A stretch of 64,000 bases of DNA from Candidatus Woesearchaeota archaeon (GCA_002687795.1 NZBG01000034.1:10362-74361); one strand, 5' to 3'. Counted from the stretch's first letter, positions 39,641-49,198 are shown. A program made the numbers and translations. The notes: generated from the sequence alone by a model not told the origin.

Positions 39641-41123
39641 CAGACTTAATCCTTTCTTTCTCTTTAAGGGATTTGTTGCTCTCTGAGTATTCAGCCTTTT
39701 TCCTGGCAAACCCTTTTCTGAAAATATCAAGCACTTTTCCATCCACATCAGCGGGGATTGGCAGCCCGGCCAGGTAAAGCATGGTAGGCTGGATATCTAT
39801 GATTCTTGCCCCTTTTACCAGTTTATTATCTATGCCCATGCCCTTAACCAGGAAAAAACCATCCTTGCTGTGATGGAACCTTGGTATATCCAAGAACTCT
39901 TTTGAAGAAAATGTGTTATCTATCTCATAATCTTTCATGTCTATGATTATATCGCCTTCCATTGCAAGCCCTTTATAGAATGTTGTGATATCATGCCCTT
40001 CCACCTTTCCGGTGGCCTTTAATTCCTTAATAATATCCTGCTTTATTTTGTTTCTTTCCTTATCATCAAGATTATCATTGATCTTGATAATAGGGCAGCA
40101 GCCAAAGCTGCAGTAAGCCTTGGAATTCTTTATATCAATCTTTGATTTTATAATATTAAAAGGAAAGAGGTATACAAAAAATGTGTAAAAAGGCTCCAGC
40201 AGCTTATACAAGAGCTTGTTGCTTTTAATAACATTCATAAGCCAGGACAAGTTAACATCCCTCTTCTTCTTGGTGCGGTAAATATCTTCTTTGATCTTGC
40301 TTCCTTCTCCTGTTGTGCTGAGATATCCCCCGTTTTTCAGGAAAGTGTTCACAAAGAACTTGCCTTTAAATTCTCTGAAGCCATGGTCGCTTAATATTAT
40401 CATGTAAGTATCCTTATCCATCTTTCCCAGCAGGTTGCCGATTGTTCTGTCAACCTCTGCAAATATTTTTTTGCTTTCTCTGGCTAAGCGCCCATTTTTG
40501 TTGTTCAGCAATTTATCATATATCTTATGCTGCACCCAGTCTGTTGAGGAGATTATAAAGCAGCTTAGGTCATAGTCATGCTTTGCTATTTCTTCAATAA
40601 CAGAGCATATCTTCTTTGTTAGTTTCAGATGGTCTTTTATGGTTTTCAGATATCCTTTTGAATGCTCGGTAAAAGGGGTATAGCCATCTAAGACAGGATA
40701 CTTCTCAGGCAGGCTTTTTGGGTGAAACAGGTTTATGTCTTTGTTATCCCCTGTGCACAGCCAAGAATAAACAATATCCCCCTTAATCTTTGGCGGCCTC
40801 GTATATGGCAGGTTTAATAAAAAGACTTTCTTATTATTCTCGTCAAAGATTTCATAGAATGTTTTCTCTTTTACATCAAGGCCAGAGGTTAAATGCATCT
40901 TAAAATCCTTTGTAAGCCTAAAGAAATTGATCACCTTATGCCTGCCTATATCCTTGCCAGTCTGGAAAGATGTCCATGTTGCTGCTGTCAATGGCGGATA
41001 GACTGTCCTGAGCTTCCCGTACGCCGAGTCATTAAGCAGCCTATTCAGGTTAGGCATCTCTTCCTTAAGGCCTTTAATCAGGCCCAATCCTACACCGTCA
41101 AGCCCTAAAACGATAAACTTCAT
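39618..41123 (-). CDS. Alkaline-phosphatase-superfamily NPP/phosphodiesterase (COG3379-like)
   Basis: LGLDG, PPLTAATWTSFQTG (Thr nucleophile), DWVQH, SDHGF, HSKDG and DIQPT. ATG 41123 preferred over 41183. Confidence 0.85.
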   Translation of the reverse strand: MKFIVLGLDGVGLGLIKGLKEEMPNLNRLLNDSAYGKLRTVYPPLTAATWTSFQTGKDIGRHKVINFFRLTKDFKMHLTSGLDVKEKTFYEIFDENNKKVFLLNLPYTRPPKIKGDIVYSWLCTGDNKDINLFHPKSLPEKYPVLDGYTPFTEHSKGYLKTIKDHLKLTKKICSVIEEIAKHDYDLSCFIISSTDWVQHKIYDKLLNNKNGRLARESKKIFAEVDRTIGNLLGKMDKDTYMIILSDHGFREFKGKFFVNTFLKNGGYLSTTGEGSKIKEDIYRTKKKRDVNLSWLMNVIKSNKLLYKLLEPFYTFFVYLFPFNIIKSKIDIKNSKAYCSFGCCPIIKINDNLDDKERNKIKQDIIKELKATGKVEGHDITTFYKGLAMEGDIIIDMKDYEIDNTFSSKEFLDIPRFHHSKDGFFLVKGMGIDNKLVKGARIIDIQPTMLYLAGLPIPADVDGKVLDIFRKGFARKKAEYSESNKSLKEKERIKSVIRSLSV

Positions 41124-41260
41124 TCTACCTAAGACTAATTTAACTATGTTTATAAATGTTAACTTCCATCGGGCTTCATCCAAAAACTCGCATAGCTCTG
41201 GTTATTCTGCCAGGAAAATGCAAAAATTTATAACAAAAATATTATTATTCATCTGTTAAG

Positions 41261-41815
41261 ATGCCAAAGAAAAAAGAAATCAGGAAACTGAATATAAGAT
41301 GCAACAATGAAAGGCTGGACGGGTTTTGGAATATTGACAGCATCAAAGGGGAAGCTGTTGATGAGGTGGTTGATTTTGGCAAACCATTGCCTTACCCTGG
41401 TAATTCCATAGAGCATATAAACTGCTTCCATGCCCTGGAATATATAGAAGATTTCGGGCATATAATGAAAGAAATCCATAGGGTATGCAAAAACAATGCT
41501 GTTGTTGATATCAAAGTCTGCCATTTTACTTCGGCTCCTGCATATAACCCGTTCCACAGGAATTTTTTCAACTCAAGCACATTCGGGATTTATGACAAGT
41601 CCCTCTCCTGGCCAACCAGGCTAAGGAGCAGAATGAAGGTTGAGTTAAGGGTTCTGGAAAATAAGCTGGTTTTTAACAAAGGCTTTAATCCCCTGAACTA
41701 TCTCGGGCCGGTTTTCAACCTGAGCAACGGATTAAAATTTTTCTATGAGAATTCATTCCTGAGAAACCTTATCCCTGCAAGAGAAGTCCATTTTATACTA
41801 AAAGTTGTTAAGTGA
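41261..41815 (+). CDS. Small class I SAM-methyltransferase-like protein with a degenerate motif I
   Basis: HALEYI..F..IMKEIHRVCK and PFHRNFF. The expected LNxGCG reads LNIRCNN. Confidence 0.7.
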   Translation: MPKKKEIRKLNIRCNNERLDGFWNIDSIKGEAVDEVVDFGKPLPYPGNSIEHINCFHALEYIEDFGHIMKEIHRVCKNNAVVDIKVCHFTSAPAYNPFHRNFFNSSTFGIYDKSLSWPTRLRSRMKVELRVLENKLVFNKGFNPLNYLGPVFNLSNGLKFFYENSFLRNLIPAREVHFILKVVK

Positions 41816-41817
41816 TT

Positions 41818-42906
41818 CTATTTAAGTAATCCTATTTTCTTCTTCAGAATATACCTGACTATATCATACCAGTTTTTCCCGCAGTCAGACCTGCATGTCC
41901 CGCAATAGCTCTTTATGTCTTTTCTTATAGCATCTGCCTTCTTGCTGAACCATATCCGGCTTAAATCTGTCTCAAGCGCATTGCCCAGCTTAGCGGATTT
42001 GTTGTTCATGCACATAAACACATCCCCATTATTCTCTATGAAGATTGTTGAGTATCCAAACACGCACCCCCTGCTTTTGCTTCTTCTTTTTCCCCAATAC
42101 ATATTGATTATATCGTTGGTGTACAGCTCTTCATATATCTGCTCCCCGGAAATCCTCTTTAAGAAAGCTGTTATCTTTTTTATCTGGCTGTCTGTAAATG
42201 TCAGCTCTTTATTCTTTGTGTTGCTGAAGAACGAGCTTGGGTTGATGATCAGATGGTTAAAGGCATATTCTAACTTGTTTGACTTGATGAACTCATATAT
42301 TTTATCAAGCTGGTGCACATTTGCAGGCTGGATAACACAGCCTATGGAAACACCAAGCTTACTGTTGCTTTTCTGGATTTTCTTAAGCTCTTCAAGCATA
42401 AGCATGGCATTATCGAACACAAAAGGCAGCCCCCTGACCTTATTATGCACTCCCTCCAAACCATCCAGAGACAGCCTGACATTCAGCTTTTCAAAATCCT
42501 GAGGGAGAATCTCTAAAATCCCTTTTATTTTTTCCAGGGCAGGCTTATAAGCAACACAATTAGTGGAGAAGCCTATTGTCTTGAGCTTTTTACATTTTTT
42601 TAGGGCTATCTTAACAATGCCCACCAGATCCTTCCTTAAAGTCGGCTCACCCCCGTAAAGGTGCAATGACTCTATTGAGTCTAAAAGCGGGTCAGAAAAT
42701 ATCTTTTCAATATCTTTGATGCCTAAATCATCCTCTGCTTTATCTTTCCAGACATTGCACATCAAACACTTTCCGTTGCACTTTTTTGTGACTGTAAATA
42801 TGCAGGCGTTTGGCTTTGAAGCTATTCCTCTCCCTGCCATGAAGCCTTTATAGATGCTTCTGGTTACCCTATTGACCCTCTTGTAAAAAACAGGTGTTTT
42901 AAGCAT
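41818..42906 (-). CDS. Radical SAM/SPASM-twitch protein
   Basis: CNGKCLMC, GGEP, SLDG, C.FG...GDVFMC and CGTCRSDC. ATG 42906 preferred over the track start at 42975. Confidence 0.88.
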   Translation of the reverse strand: MLKTPVFYKRVNRVTRSIYKGFMAGRGIASKPNACIFTVTKKCNGKCLMCNVWKDKAEDDLGIKDIEKIFSDPLLDSIESLHLYGGEPTLRKDLVGIVKIALKKCKKLKTIGFSTNCVAYKPALEKIKGILEILPQDFEKLNVRLSLDGLEGVHNKVRGLPFVFDNAMLMLEELKKIQKSNSKLGVSIGCVIQPANVHQLDKIYEFIKSNKLEYAFNHLIINPSSFFSNTKNKELTFTDSQIKKITAFLKRISGEQIYEELYTNDIINMYWGKRRSKSRGCVFGYSTIFIENNGDVFMCMNNKSAKLGNALETDLSRIWFSKKADAIRKDIKSYCGTCRSDCGKNWYDIVRYILKKKIGLLK

Positions 42907-42974
42907 TATAGGTATCAGGATTCCTTGACTATTATTTAAGTTTTGTTGAAGTTTGTTTCTTAAGATATCATACA

Positions 42975-43089
42975 CAAAAAAGAATACCTACAAATTCACT
43001 AAAAAATTCCTTTGGAATTTTTGGTGTCCCAGAAATTTCTATGTAATTTCTCAGGACATTTGTGGGTTAGATACTGGGTATCTTTTTTG
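42975..43089. repeat. Branched palindromic (REP-like) element
   Basis: Hairpin 1: CACTAAAAAATTCC-TTT-GGAATTTTTGGTG. Hairpin 2: TGTCCCAGAAATT...AATTTCTCAGGACA. Closing stem ACCTACAAAT/ATTTGTGGGT and outer stem CAAAAAAGAATACC/GGTATCTTTTTTG. Confidence 0.65.
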
Positions 43090-43090
43090 G

Positions 43091-43163
43091 TCGCCATCCT
43101 CCCACTTCAAGCATGTTCTATTATTTAAAGGAAACACATAACTTCAGTTGTAGGAGGATGTCA
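43091..43163. mobile_element. Possible IS200/IS605-type end relic
   Basis: CATCCTCCCAC (43095-43105) is inverted to GTAGGAGGATG (43150-43160). The 3' part GGAAACACATAACTTCAGTTGTAGGAGGATGTCA resembles the hairpin-plus-GGATGTCA ends I recall for tnpB-carrying elements. No transposase present. Confidence 0.4.
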
Positions 43164-43224
43164 TTTCAAAAAAGTTTATAAATAAGAAGCATATTCCCTG
43201 ACTATAAAACGGGGGGGTTTAAAG

Positions 43225-44217
43225 ATGGAAAATAAGAAAGTATTAGTTACAGGCGCACCGGGATGGCTAGGCACAAGAGTAGTAGAAGTTCTATGTTCAA
43301 AAGGCTATGATGTAAGATGCTTTGCACTAAAAGGCCTTGATTTGTCCTCTTTAAAGAAGCTTAACGTGGAGACGGTTGAGGGGGATATAACCAAAAAGGA
43401 AACCATAACTGAGGCTGTTAAAGATATTCATACAGTGGTTCACTGCACTGGGCTGATCCACCCTAAGAAAATAAAAGAGCTCTATGATATCAATACCCAG
43501 GGCACTAAAAATATTCTGGAGAAATCTGCGGAAGCTGGTGTTAAAAAGTTTGTTTATATCAGCTCTAATTCTGCCCAGGGATGCAACATCAGGAGAAATA
43601 TGCTTATGAGGGAAGACCAGAAGGAAAAGCCTGAAAAGAGCTATGGCAAAAGCAAATACCTTGCTGAGAGGGCTGTAAGAAGTTTCCAGAATTCTGGGAA
43701 ACTCAACACTGTTATCCTAAGGCCATGCTGGTTTTATGGCCCCGGCCAGCCTGAGAGGCAGACAAGGCTGATGAAGATGGTAAAGGCAGGAAACCCTTTG
43801 ATCTTCGGCAATGGCAGAAACATAAGGAGCATGAGCTATATAGATAATATTGTTCAGGCAATCATCCTTTCTATGGAAAAGGATATTGCAAACGGAAAAA
43901 TATATTGGATAGCTGATAAAAGGCCTTATGAAACAATTGAGATATACAGGACAATAGCTGATATACTGGGAGTCAGGTTAAAGCCGCGTTATGTGCCAAA
44001 GATAGTTTCCCAGGTCCTGGAGATAGGAGATGATATCCTGCAGGCGCTTGGGTTTTATATCCAGGAGGTGCATGTAGGCGGAGAGCTTGTGAAGAACATT
44101 GCATGCGACATATCAAAAGCTGAAAAAGAGCTGGGGTATGATCCTAAGGTTGACCTGAAGGAAGGCATGAGAAGGTCCATTGAATGGGCAGAAAAGCAGG
44201 GTTATCTAAATGACTGA
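43225..44217 (+). CDS. NAD-dependent epimerase/dehydratase (extended SDR)
   Basis: TGAPGWLG, YGKSK and LRP..FYGP. Confidence 0.88.
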   Translation: MENKKVLVTGAPGWLGTRVVEVLCSKGYDVRCFALKGLDLSSLKKLNVETVEGDITKKETITEAVKDIHTVVHCTGLIHPKKIKELYDINTQGTKNILEKSAEAGVKKFVYISSNSAQGCNIRRNMLMREDQKEKPEKSYGKSKYLAERAVRSFQNSGKLNTVILRPCWFYGPGQPERQTRLMKMVKAGNPLIFGNGRNIRSMSYIDNIVQAIILSMEKDIANGKIYWIADKRPYETIEIYRTIADILGVRLKPRYVPKIVSQVLEIGDDILQALGFYIQEVHVGGELVKNIACDISKAEKELGYDPKVDLKEGMRRSIEWAEKQGYLND

Positions 44218-45247
44218 GACATGCCTGGTAACAGGGGGCTCAGGCTTCTTCGGGACCCATCTTGTGAGGAAGCTTCTTGAAAAGAAAAGAAAGGTCAGGG
44301 TTTTTGATATAGCTGAGCCTGAGGAAGGTGTCAGGGGTAAAGTAGAGTTCTTTAAGGGAGATATAAGAGACTTTGATTCTGTTAACAAGACATGCAAAAA
44401 CATTGATGTTGTTTACCATACTGTTGCTGTTGTGCCCATCTCCAAAGCAGGCAAAAAGTTTGATGAGATTAATGCCGGCGGAACAAGAAATATTCTCGAG
44501 GCTGCCTTGAGGAACAAGGTAAAGTCTTTTGTGCATATATCAAGCACCGCTATCTATAAGGTTCCAAAGAAAGGAGATGTAATAACAGAAGACTATCCTA
44601 TAATGCCTGTAGGGGATTATGGCAGGGCAAAGTACCATGCTGAAAAGATATGTTTTGAATACATGAAAAAAGGTCTTAACATAACCATCCTAAGGCCAAG
44701 AACAATTATAGGAACAGGCAGGCTCGGCATATTCTCTATCCTGTTCGACTGGATAAGAAGAGGCAAAAATATCTATATTCTTGGCAATGGCAATAACCTT
44801 TTTTCCTATGTCAGCGCCTCAGATCTGGCTGAAGCCTCTATCCTGGCAAGCAAGAAGGGCTTTGGCTTATTCTTAAATATAGGCGCTGAAGAATACGGAA
44901 CTTTCAAGGGGGACCTTAAGAAACTGGTAAGGTATGCAAAAAGCAAGTCAAGGTTTGTAACCATAAACGCTGAGCTGACCAGGCTCATTTTGCAGGTGCT
45001 TGATAAGATTGGCTTATCACCTTTGACAGAATGGCATTATAAAACGGTTGACAAGGAATATGTGTTCGATGTGTCAAAAGCAAAGAAGGTTCTTGGATGG
45101 AAGCCAAAAGACAGCAACGAGAGAATGTTTAAAGATACCTATGACTGGTATCTTAAAAACTATAAACAGCTTGATAAGCGCATAGGAACAACCCATAGGT
45201 TTTCCGCAAAACAGGGAATATTAAAGCTGTTAAAGCTCTTTTCATAA
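44210..45247 (+). CDS. NAD-dependent epimerase/dehydratase (3-beta-HSD-like extended SDR)
   Basis: TGGSGFFG, YGRAK and LRPRTIIG. Confidence 0.88.
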   Translation: MTETCLVTGGSGFFGTHLVRKLLEKKRKVRVFDIAEPEEGVRGKVEFFKGDIRDFDSVNKTCKNIDVVYHTVAVVPISKAGKKFDEINAGGTRNILEAALRNKVKSFVHISSTAIYKVPKKGDVITEDYPIMPVGDYGRAKYHAEKICFEYMKKGLNITILRPRTIIGTGRLGIFSILFDWIRRGKNIYILGNGNNLFSYVSASDLAEASILASKKGFGLFLNIGAEEYGTFKGDLKKLVRYAKSKSRFVTINAELTRLILQVLDKIGLSPLTEWHYKTVDKEYVFDVSKAKKVLGWKPKDSNERMFKDTYDWYLKNYKQLDKRIGTTHRFSAKQGILKLLKLFS

Positions 45248-45262
45248 CCATTTTTCATAATT

Positions 45263-45907
45263 ATGATAAAGATAGACATACATGTGCATACAAAGTATTC
45301 CAGGGACAGCTTGCTTGAGCTTAAAACAATAAGCAAGCTCTGCTCAAGAAAAGGGATTATCCCTGTTATATCTGACCATAATTCTCTTAAAGGCGCGCTT
45401 CAGTACAGAAAGCTGTTCAAAGATTGCATAGTTGGGGAAGAGATCAACACCTCCCAGGGAGAGATAACAGCTCTTTTCTTAAACAATGAAATACCTTCCG
45501 GGCTGGATATTGATGCCACAATAGACAGGATAAGGGAGCAGGATGCTGTTTTATATGTTCCCCATCCCTTTGATTCATTAAGGAGGGAAACAATAAAAAC
45601 ATCAGCCCTTTCCAGGATTAAGCCTGATATCATAGAGGTCTTTAACTCCAGAACTGTTTTATCTGCCTCAAATAAAATGGCTAAAGAGTTTGCCATTAAG
45701 AACAAGTATCTGAAAGGCGTTGGCTCTGATGCGCACACCGGCAGAGAGATAGGGAATGCCTTTGCTGCTGTGGAGGATTTTAACCTTGATTCTAAGAAGG
45801 ATTTTCTCAGGAATCTCAAAGATGCAAAGTTTTACTGCAGGAAGTCAGGCCTTGCAGTGCATGCTGTCACCTTTTTTGAGAAAAGGCTTAAGCTCGTTAG
45901 AAAATGA
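45263..45907 (+). CDS. PHP-domain metal-dependent phosphoesterase
   Basis: DIHVHT, SDHN, GEEI, PHPFD and GSDAH. Confidence 0.9.
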   Translation: MIKIDIHVHTKYSRDSLLELKTISKLCSRKGIIPVISDHNSLKGALQYRKLFKDCIVGEEINTSQGEITALFLNNEIPSGLDIDATIDRIREQDAVLYVPHPFDSLRRETIKTSALSRIKPDIIEVFNSRTVLSASNKMAKEFAIKNKYLKGVGSDAHTGREIGNAFAAVEDFNLDSKKDFLRNLKDAKFYCRKSGLAVHAVTFFEKRLKLVRK

Positions 45908-45917
45908 ACCTTCTAAG

Positions 45918-46790
45918 TCAGTAATACACTATCAAAAAGCTGGATGCAAGCCATAGGACTATTCCTATCATCATCCTTATGTCAAAGAACACTTTCTCAG
46001 GATGCCTTGTAACTTCCGAGCCTTTCTCGATAAGGTACAAATACCTGAATATCACATAAAGCGCGAATGGAAGAGTAAGCACAAGGTACTGGTTTATGCT
46101 TAAGAAGCTGTACAGTGAATAAGACATGATCAGCAGGCTTGTGGAAATAACCATCAATGATTTTGTGATCGGCTTTGTATAAAAGCTGAAGACCTCTTTA
46201 TGCGAGACTGCTTTCTCCCCAAGGTAAACCAGGTCAGCCTCTCTCTTCCCTATAGAGATAAACAGGGAAAGAAAAAACACGCAGATGATAAGCCAGGGGG
46301 ACAGCCTTAGCCAGGGCATGCCATCAACCATTATAACAAACACCCCTGAAGCAGCCCTTACCACAAAGTTGACTGCTATTATTATAATATCAACAAAAGG
46401 CTCTTTCTTGAGAAAGAAAGAATAAAGCTGTGTAACCAGGAACAGGAACAATATAAACAGCAGGAAATATCCTGATAAGGATATCCCTATGCCAAGGGAT
46501 ACAATAAACAATGTTATTGCCAGTATTATCGCCTGCCAAACCTTTATCTTTCCTGAAGCCAGGGGCCTTAACCTCTTTTCAGGATGGTTGATATCCTTCT
46601 TTATATCCACTATATCATTGATTATATAATTCACAGACGAAATAAAACAAAGTGCCAGAAAGCCATAGAAAGTCTTTTCCAGTCCAACAAGGTTTAGAAG
46701 CTCACTGGCGAATATTATAGATAAAAATATTACCAGGTTCTTATACCACTGCCTTACTCTCATCAAATAGATTATATCTCTTAATTTCAT
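45918..46790 (-). CDS. UbiA-family polyprenyl-phosphate phosphoribosyltransferase (DPPR synthase-like)
   Basis: R..QWYKN, NYIINDIVD...D..HP.KR.RPLASG, YSFFLK, KR..D and FRY: the DPPR-synthase subfamily pattern. Confidence 0.85.
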   Translation of the reverse strand: MKLRDIIYLMRVRQWYKNLVIFLSIIFASELLNLVGLEKTFYGFLALCFISSVNYIINDIVDIKKDINHPEKRLRPLASGKIKVWQAIILAITLFIVSLGIGISLSGYFLLFILFLFLVTQLYSFFLKKEPFVDIIIIAVNFVVRAASGVFVIMVDGMPWLRLSPWLIICVFFLSLFISIGKREADLVYLGEKAVSHKEVFSFYTKPITKSLMVISTSLLIMSYSLYSFLSINQYLVLTLPFALYVIFRYLYLIEKGSEVTRHPEKVFFDIRMMIGIVLWLASSFLIVYY

Positions 46791-46804
46791 TCCAGAACAT
46801 AGAT

Positions 46805-48070
46805 TTACTTCTCCATTAAAAAACCTTTCGATGAGCTGGCTTCTGAACTGAATGCTGATTTACGCACAAACACGCCTTTTAGCAGCAGCTTAGACAGCTG
46901 CCTTGCATACTTCAGCCTCAGGAAGCTGAACAGGTTCCACTTCTTAACAGCAGGAGCAGCGCCGATCTTTTCTATATCTTTCATGGAAACCGTAAACGCA
47001 GCTGTCTTAGCCATCACCATAAGCAAAGAGAAGACCGCCAGGAGAAAAATAACAGGCCTTAGGTATACAAGATTCTTTATTGACAACGCCAAAGGTATGG
47101 CCAGGTATGGCAGCATTGATGCAATATACCTATGGTCTCTTGCATCTCCTCCCCACCAGGTTTTATGCTTTGAGATAAGAAGGAACAAAGGAAGGCAGAG
47201 AAGAGCAAACATAACAAGAAACTCCAAAGGAAGGTAATAAAAGCCAATAACCCCGAATATCAGCACAGGGCTGATCACAAAGATGCCGCCGTTCTTTATA
47301 GAGAAAAGCAGCCCGGTTATTCCTGAAAAGATTGGCGTGACAAATGTTGTGAAAGGCGAGTTTGACCATTTAAAGAATGCGCTGTGTTTGTAAGATGTTG
47401 TGAAAGGAGAGCCAAAACATATCTTGTTATAGAGGAAAAGAGGTGCAATGCCTATAACAAAGCCAATAACCAGGTAAGGTGTTGACCAGAAATCTCCCAA
47501 AATCAGTTTAGAGAGAACGATTCCTCCCAGATACATAACATTGGTGTATTCAACCATTGCAGCAAGCCCTATTATTATTCCTGCAAATACAGGACTTAGC
47601 CCTATCAACAGGCAATAGACAGCAGCCAGTATAAGGAAGGTTGACAAAGAATGTATAAAGAACACAACACTGTATCTCCAGTTCAGTGTGCTGAAGGCGA
47701 AAATAAGCGCTGTTACAAAAGATATTGAAGGGCTGTTAACCAGCATCTCCGCTATAAGATACACCAACACACAAGAAAATATCCCGGAAAGCCATGAAAC
47801 AAGAGTTACCGGAAGCCTAAGATAATGGAACACAACCGCTGCAAAAGCCAAACCAGGCGGCCTGTCTGTATAATAATTATCTCCTATTTTAGCATAGTCT
47901 ATTTCCTTTGTATACTTTGTGAAATCATTGATAGCTAATTTTTTCTTTTCAACAATCGCCCTCACCAAAGCAAACAGGCTTCCGTCATTAGAAGTAATTA
48001 TGCCCTTCATCGACAGGCCGTAAATAATCCCGACTATAACTATAAGCATAATCAAGAACAATTTTAACAC
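46805..48070 (-). CDS. GT-C-like multi-pass membrane protein
   Basis: TM1 followed by SNDGS...YYTDRPPG; LYN..CFGSPF and WWGG...RY. Confidence 0.65.
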   Translation of the reverse strand: MLKLFLIMLIVIVGIIYGLSMKGIITSNDGSLFALVRAIVEKKKLAINDFTKYTKEIDYAKIGDNYYTDRPPGLAFAAVVFHYLRLPVTLVSWLSGIFSCVLVYLIAEMLVNSPSISFVTALIFAFSTLNWRYSVVFFIHSLSTFLILAAVYCLLIGLSPVFAGIIIGLAAMVEYTNVMYLGGIVLSKLILGDFWSTPYLVIGFVIGIAPLFLYNKICFGSPFTTSYKHSAFFKWSNSPFTTFVTPIFSGITGLLFSIKNGGIFVISPVLIFGVIGFYYLPLEFLVMFALLCLPLFLLISKHKTWWGGDARDHRYIASMLPYLAIPLALSIKNLVYLRPVIFLLAVFSLLMVMAKTAAFTVSMKDIEKIGAAPAVKKWNLFSFLRLKYARQLSKLLLKGVFVRKSAFSSEASSSKGFLMEK

Positions 48071-49158
48071 TTCCTATTCTCGCATTTTTGATATACCGGG
48101 CAATCTTCACAGACTTTAGGGGTCTGCCCTGATCTCAGCATTTTTCTTAATGCTGTGAACTTTTTCCCGTACCATATCTCTCTAAATGGTGTTTCAAAAA
48201 CATTGCCCATGCTGGTCTTTTTCTGGAACTCTCTCCTGTTTGCCTCATTCTCAGCGCAGCATGGTATAACATGCCCGGTAACAAATATATAAGGCATTGC
48301 CCATGCAATACAGTTGTTCATTGTTACCTTATTGCAGTCAGCCTTTGTGTTAAGGTTCCATAGGATTGTCTGCTTGCATTCTTCGCCAACTTTATCTACC
48401 CTTTTTATCTGCTCCTTGGTTATCTTTGTATTGATATCCTTAATCTCTTCAAATTCATGAAGGTTGTTTGTAAACTGTATATGCTCATTTTTTGGGCAGA
48501 TTCTGGCGATTAGCCTCACAAAATCCTCCATCTCATGCTGGTTGATCTTATTCACAATATAATGGAATGCAATCAACGGCAGCTTTGTGCCTCTCTTCTT
48601 TTTCTCTCTGGTGAAATTTTTTATATTCTCAACCACTGTTTCGTAATTAGAGCCAACCCTGATTTTCTCATAGGTTTCTTTTGTTGTCCCGTCCATTGAA
48701 ACATAAACCTTATCAATTTTTGCATCAAAGATTTTTGACAGGATTTCAGGAGTCATTTTACAGAAAGAATCGAATATCTCTGTATACTGCCCCTTCTTTT
48801 TTGAATACTCAAGCATCTTTGGAAAATCTTTGTTGAGAAGGTTGTTGCCTATGCCGCTAAAGCCTACCCAGGTTAGCGAAGGTATCTGGTCTATTATCTT
48901 CTTGTACTCGTCAAGGCTCATCAGCTTTGGCTTTTCATCCCAGTATGTATGCTCGCATTCTATACAACGAAGATCGCAATAAGTGCTGATTTCAATCTCA
49001 ATATAATAAGGCATTGGAACTTTTTTATAGAACATATCAACAATTCTCTTATTATGCCTCATATACAAAGGCCAGTATCTTAAATGCCTGTATGTAAACC
49101 CCAGGCCTCTCTCCTTCAGGAGATAGTACACGTTCCTTATCCTTCTCAAAAACATCAT
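48064..49158 (-). CDS. Radical SAM/SPASM-twitch protein
   Basis: CDLRCIEC, SMDG, C..W...G.VIPCC, MGNV...IW.G and CEDCP. Confidence 0.88.
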   Translation of the reverse strand: MMFLRRIRNVYYLLKERGLGFTYRHLRYWPLYMRHNKRIVDMFYKKVPMPYYIEIEISTYCDLRCIECEHTYWDEKPKLMSLDEYKKIIDQIPSLTWVGFSGIGNNLLNKDFPKMLEYSKKKGQYTEIFDSFCKMTPEILSKIFDAKIDKVYVSMDGTTKETYEKIRVGSNYETVVENIKNFTREKKKRGTKLPLIAFHYIVNKINQHEMEDFVRLIARICPKNEHIQFTNNLHEFEEIKDINTKITKEQIKRVDKVGEECKQTILWNLNTKADCNKVTMNNCIAWAMPYIFVTGHVIPCCAENEANRREFQKKTSMGNVFETPFREIWYGKKFTALRKMLRSGQTPKVCEDCPVYQKCENRKC

Positions 49159-49198
49159 TTTTGTATCACCTTTAATAAATTTTAAGCTCTAAACCGAT

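Noticed and set aside
42953-43141. 62-aa ORF in the divergent intergenic region
   Set aside because: It merely reads through the palindromic element and has no protein-like features.
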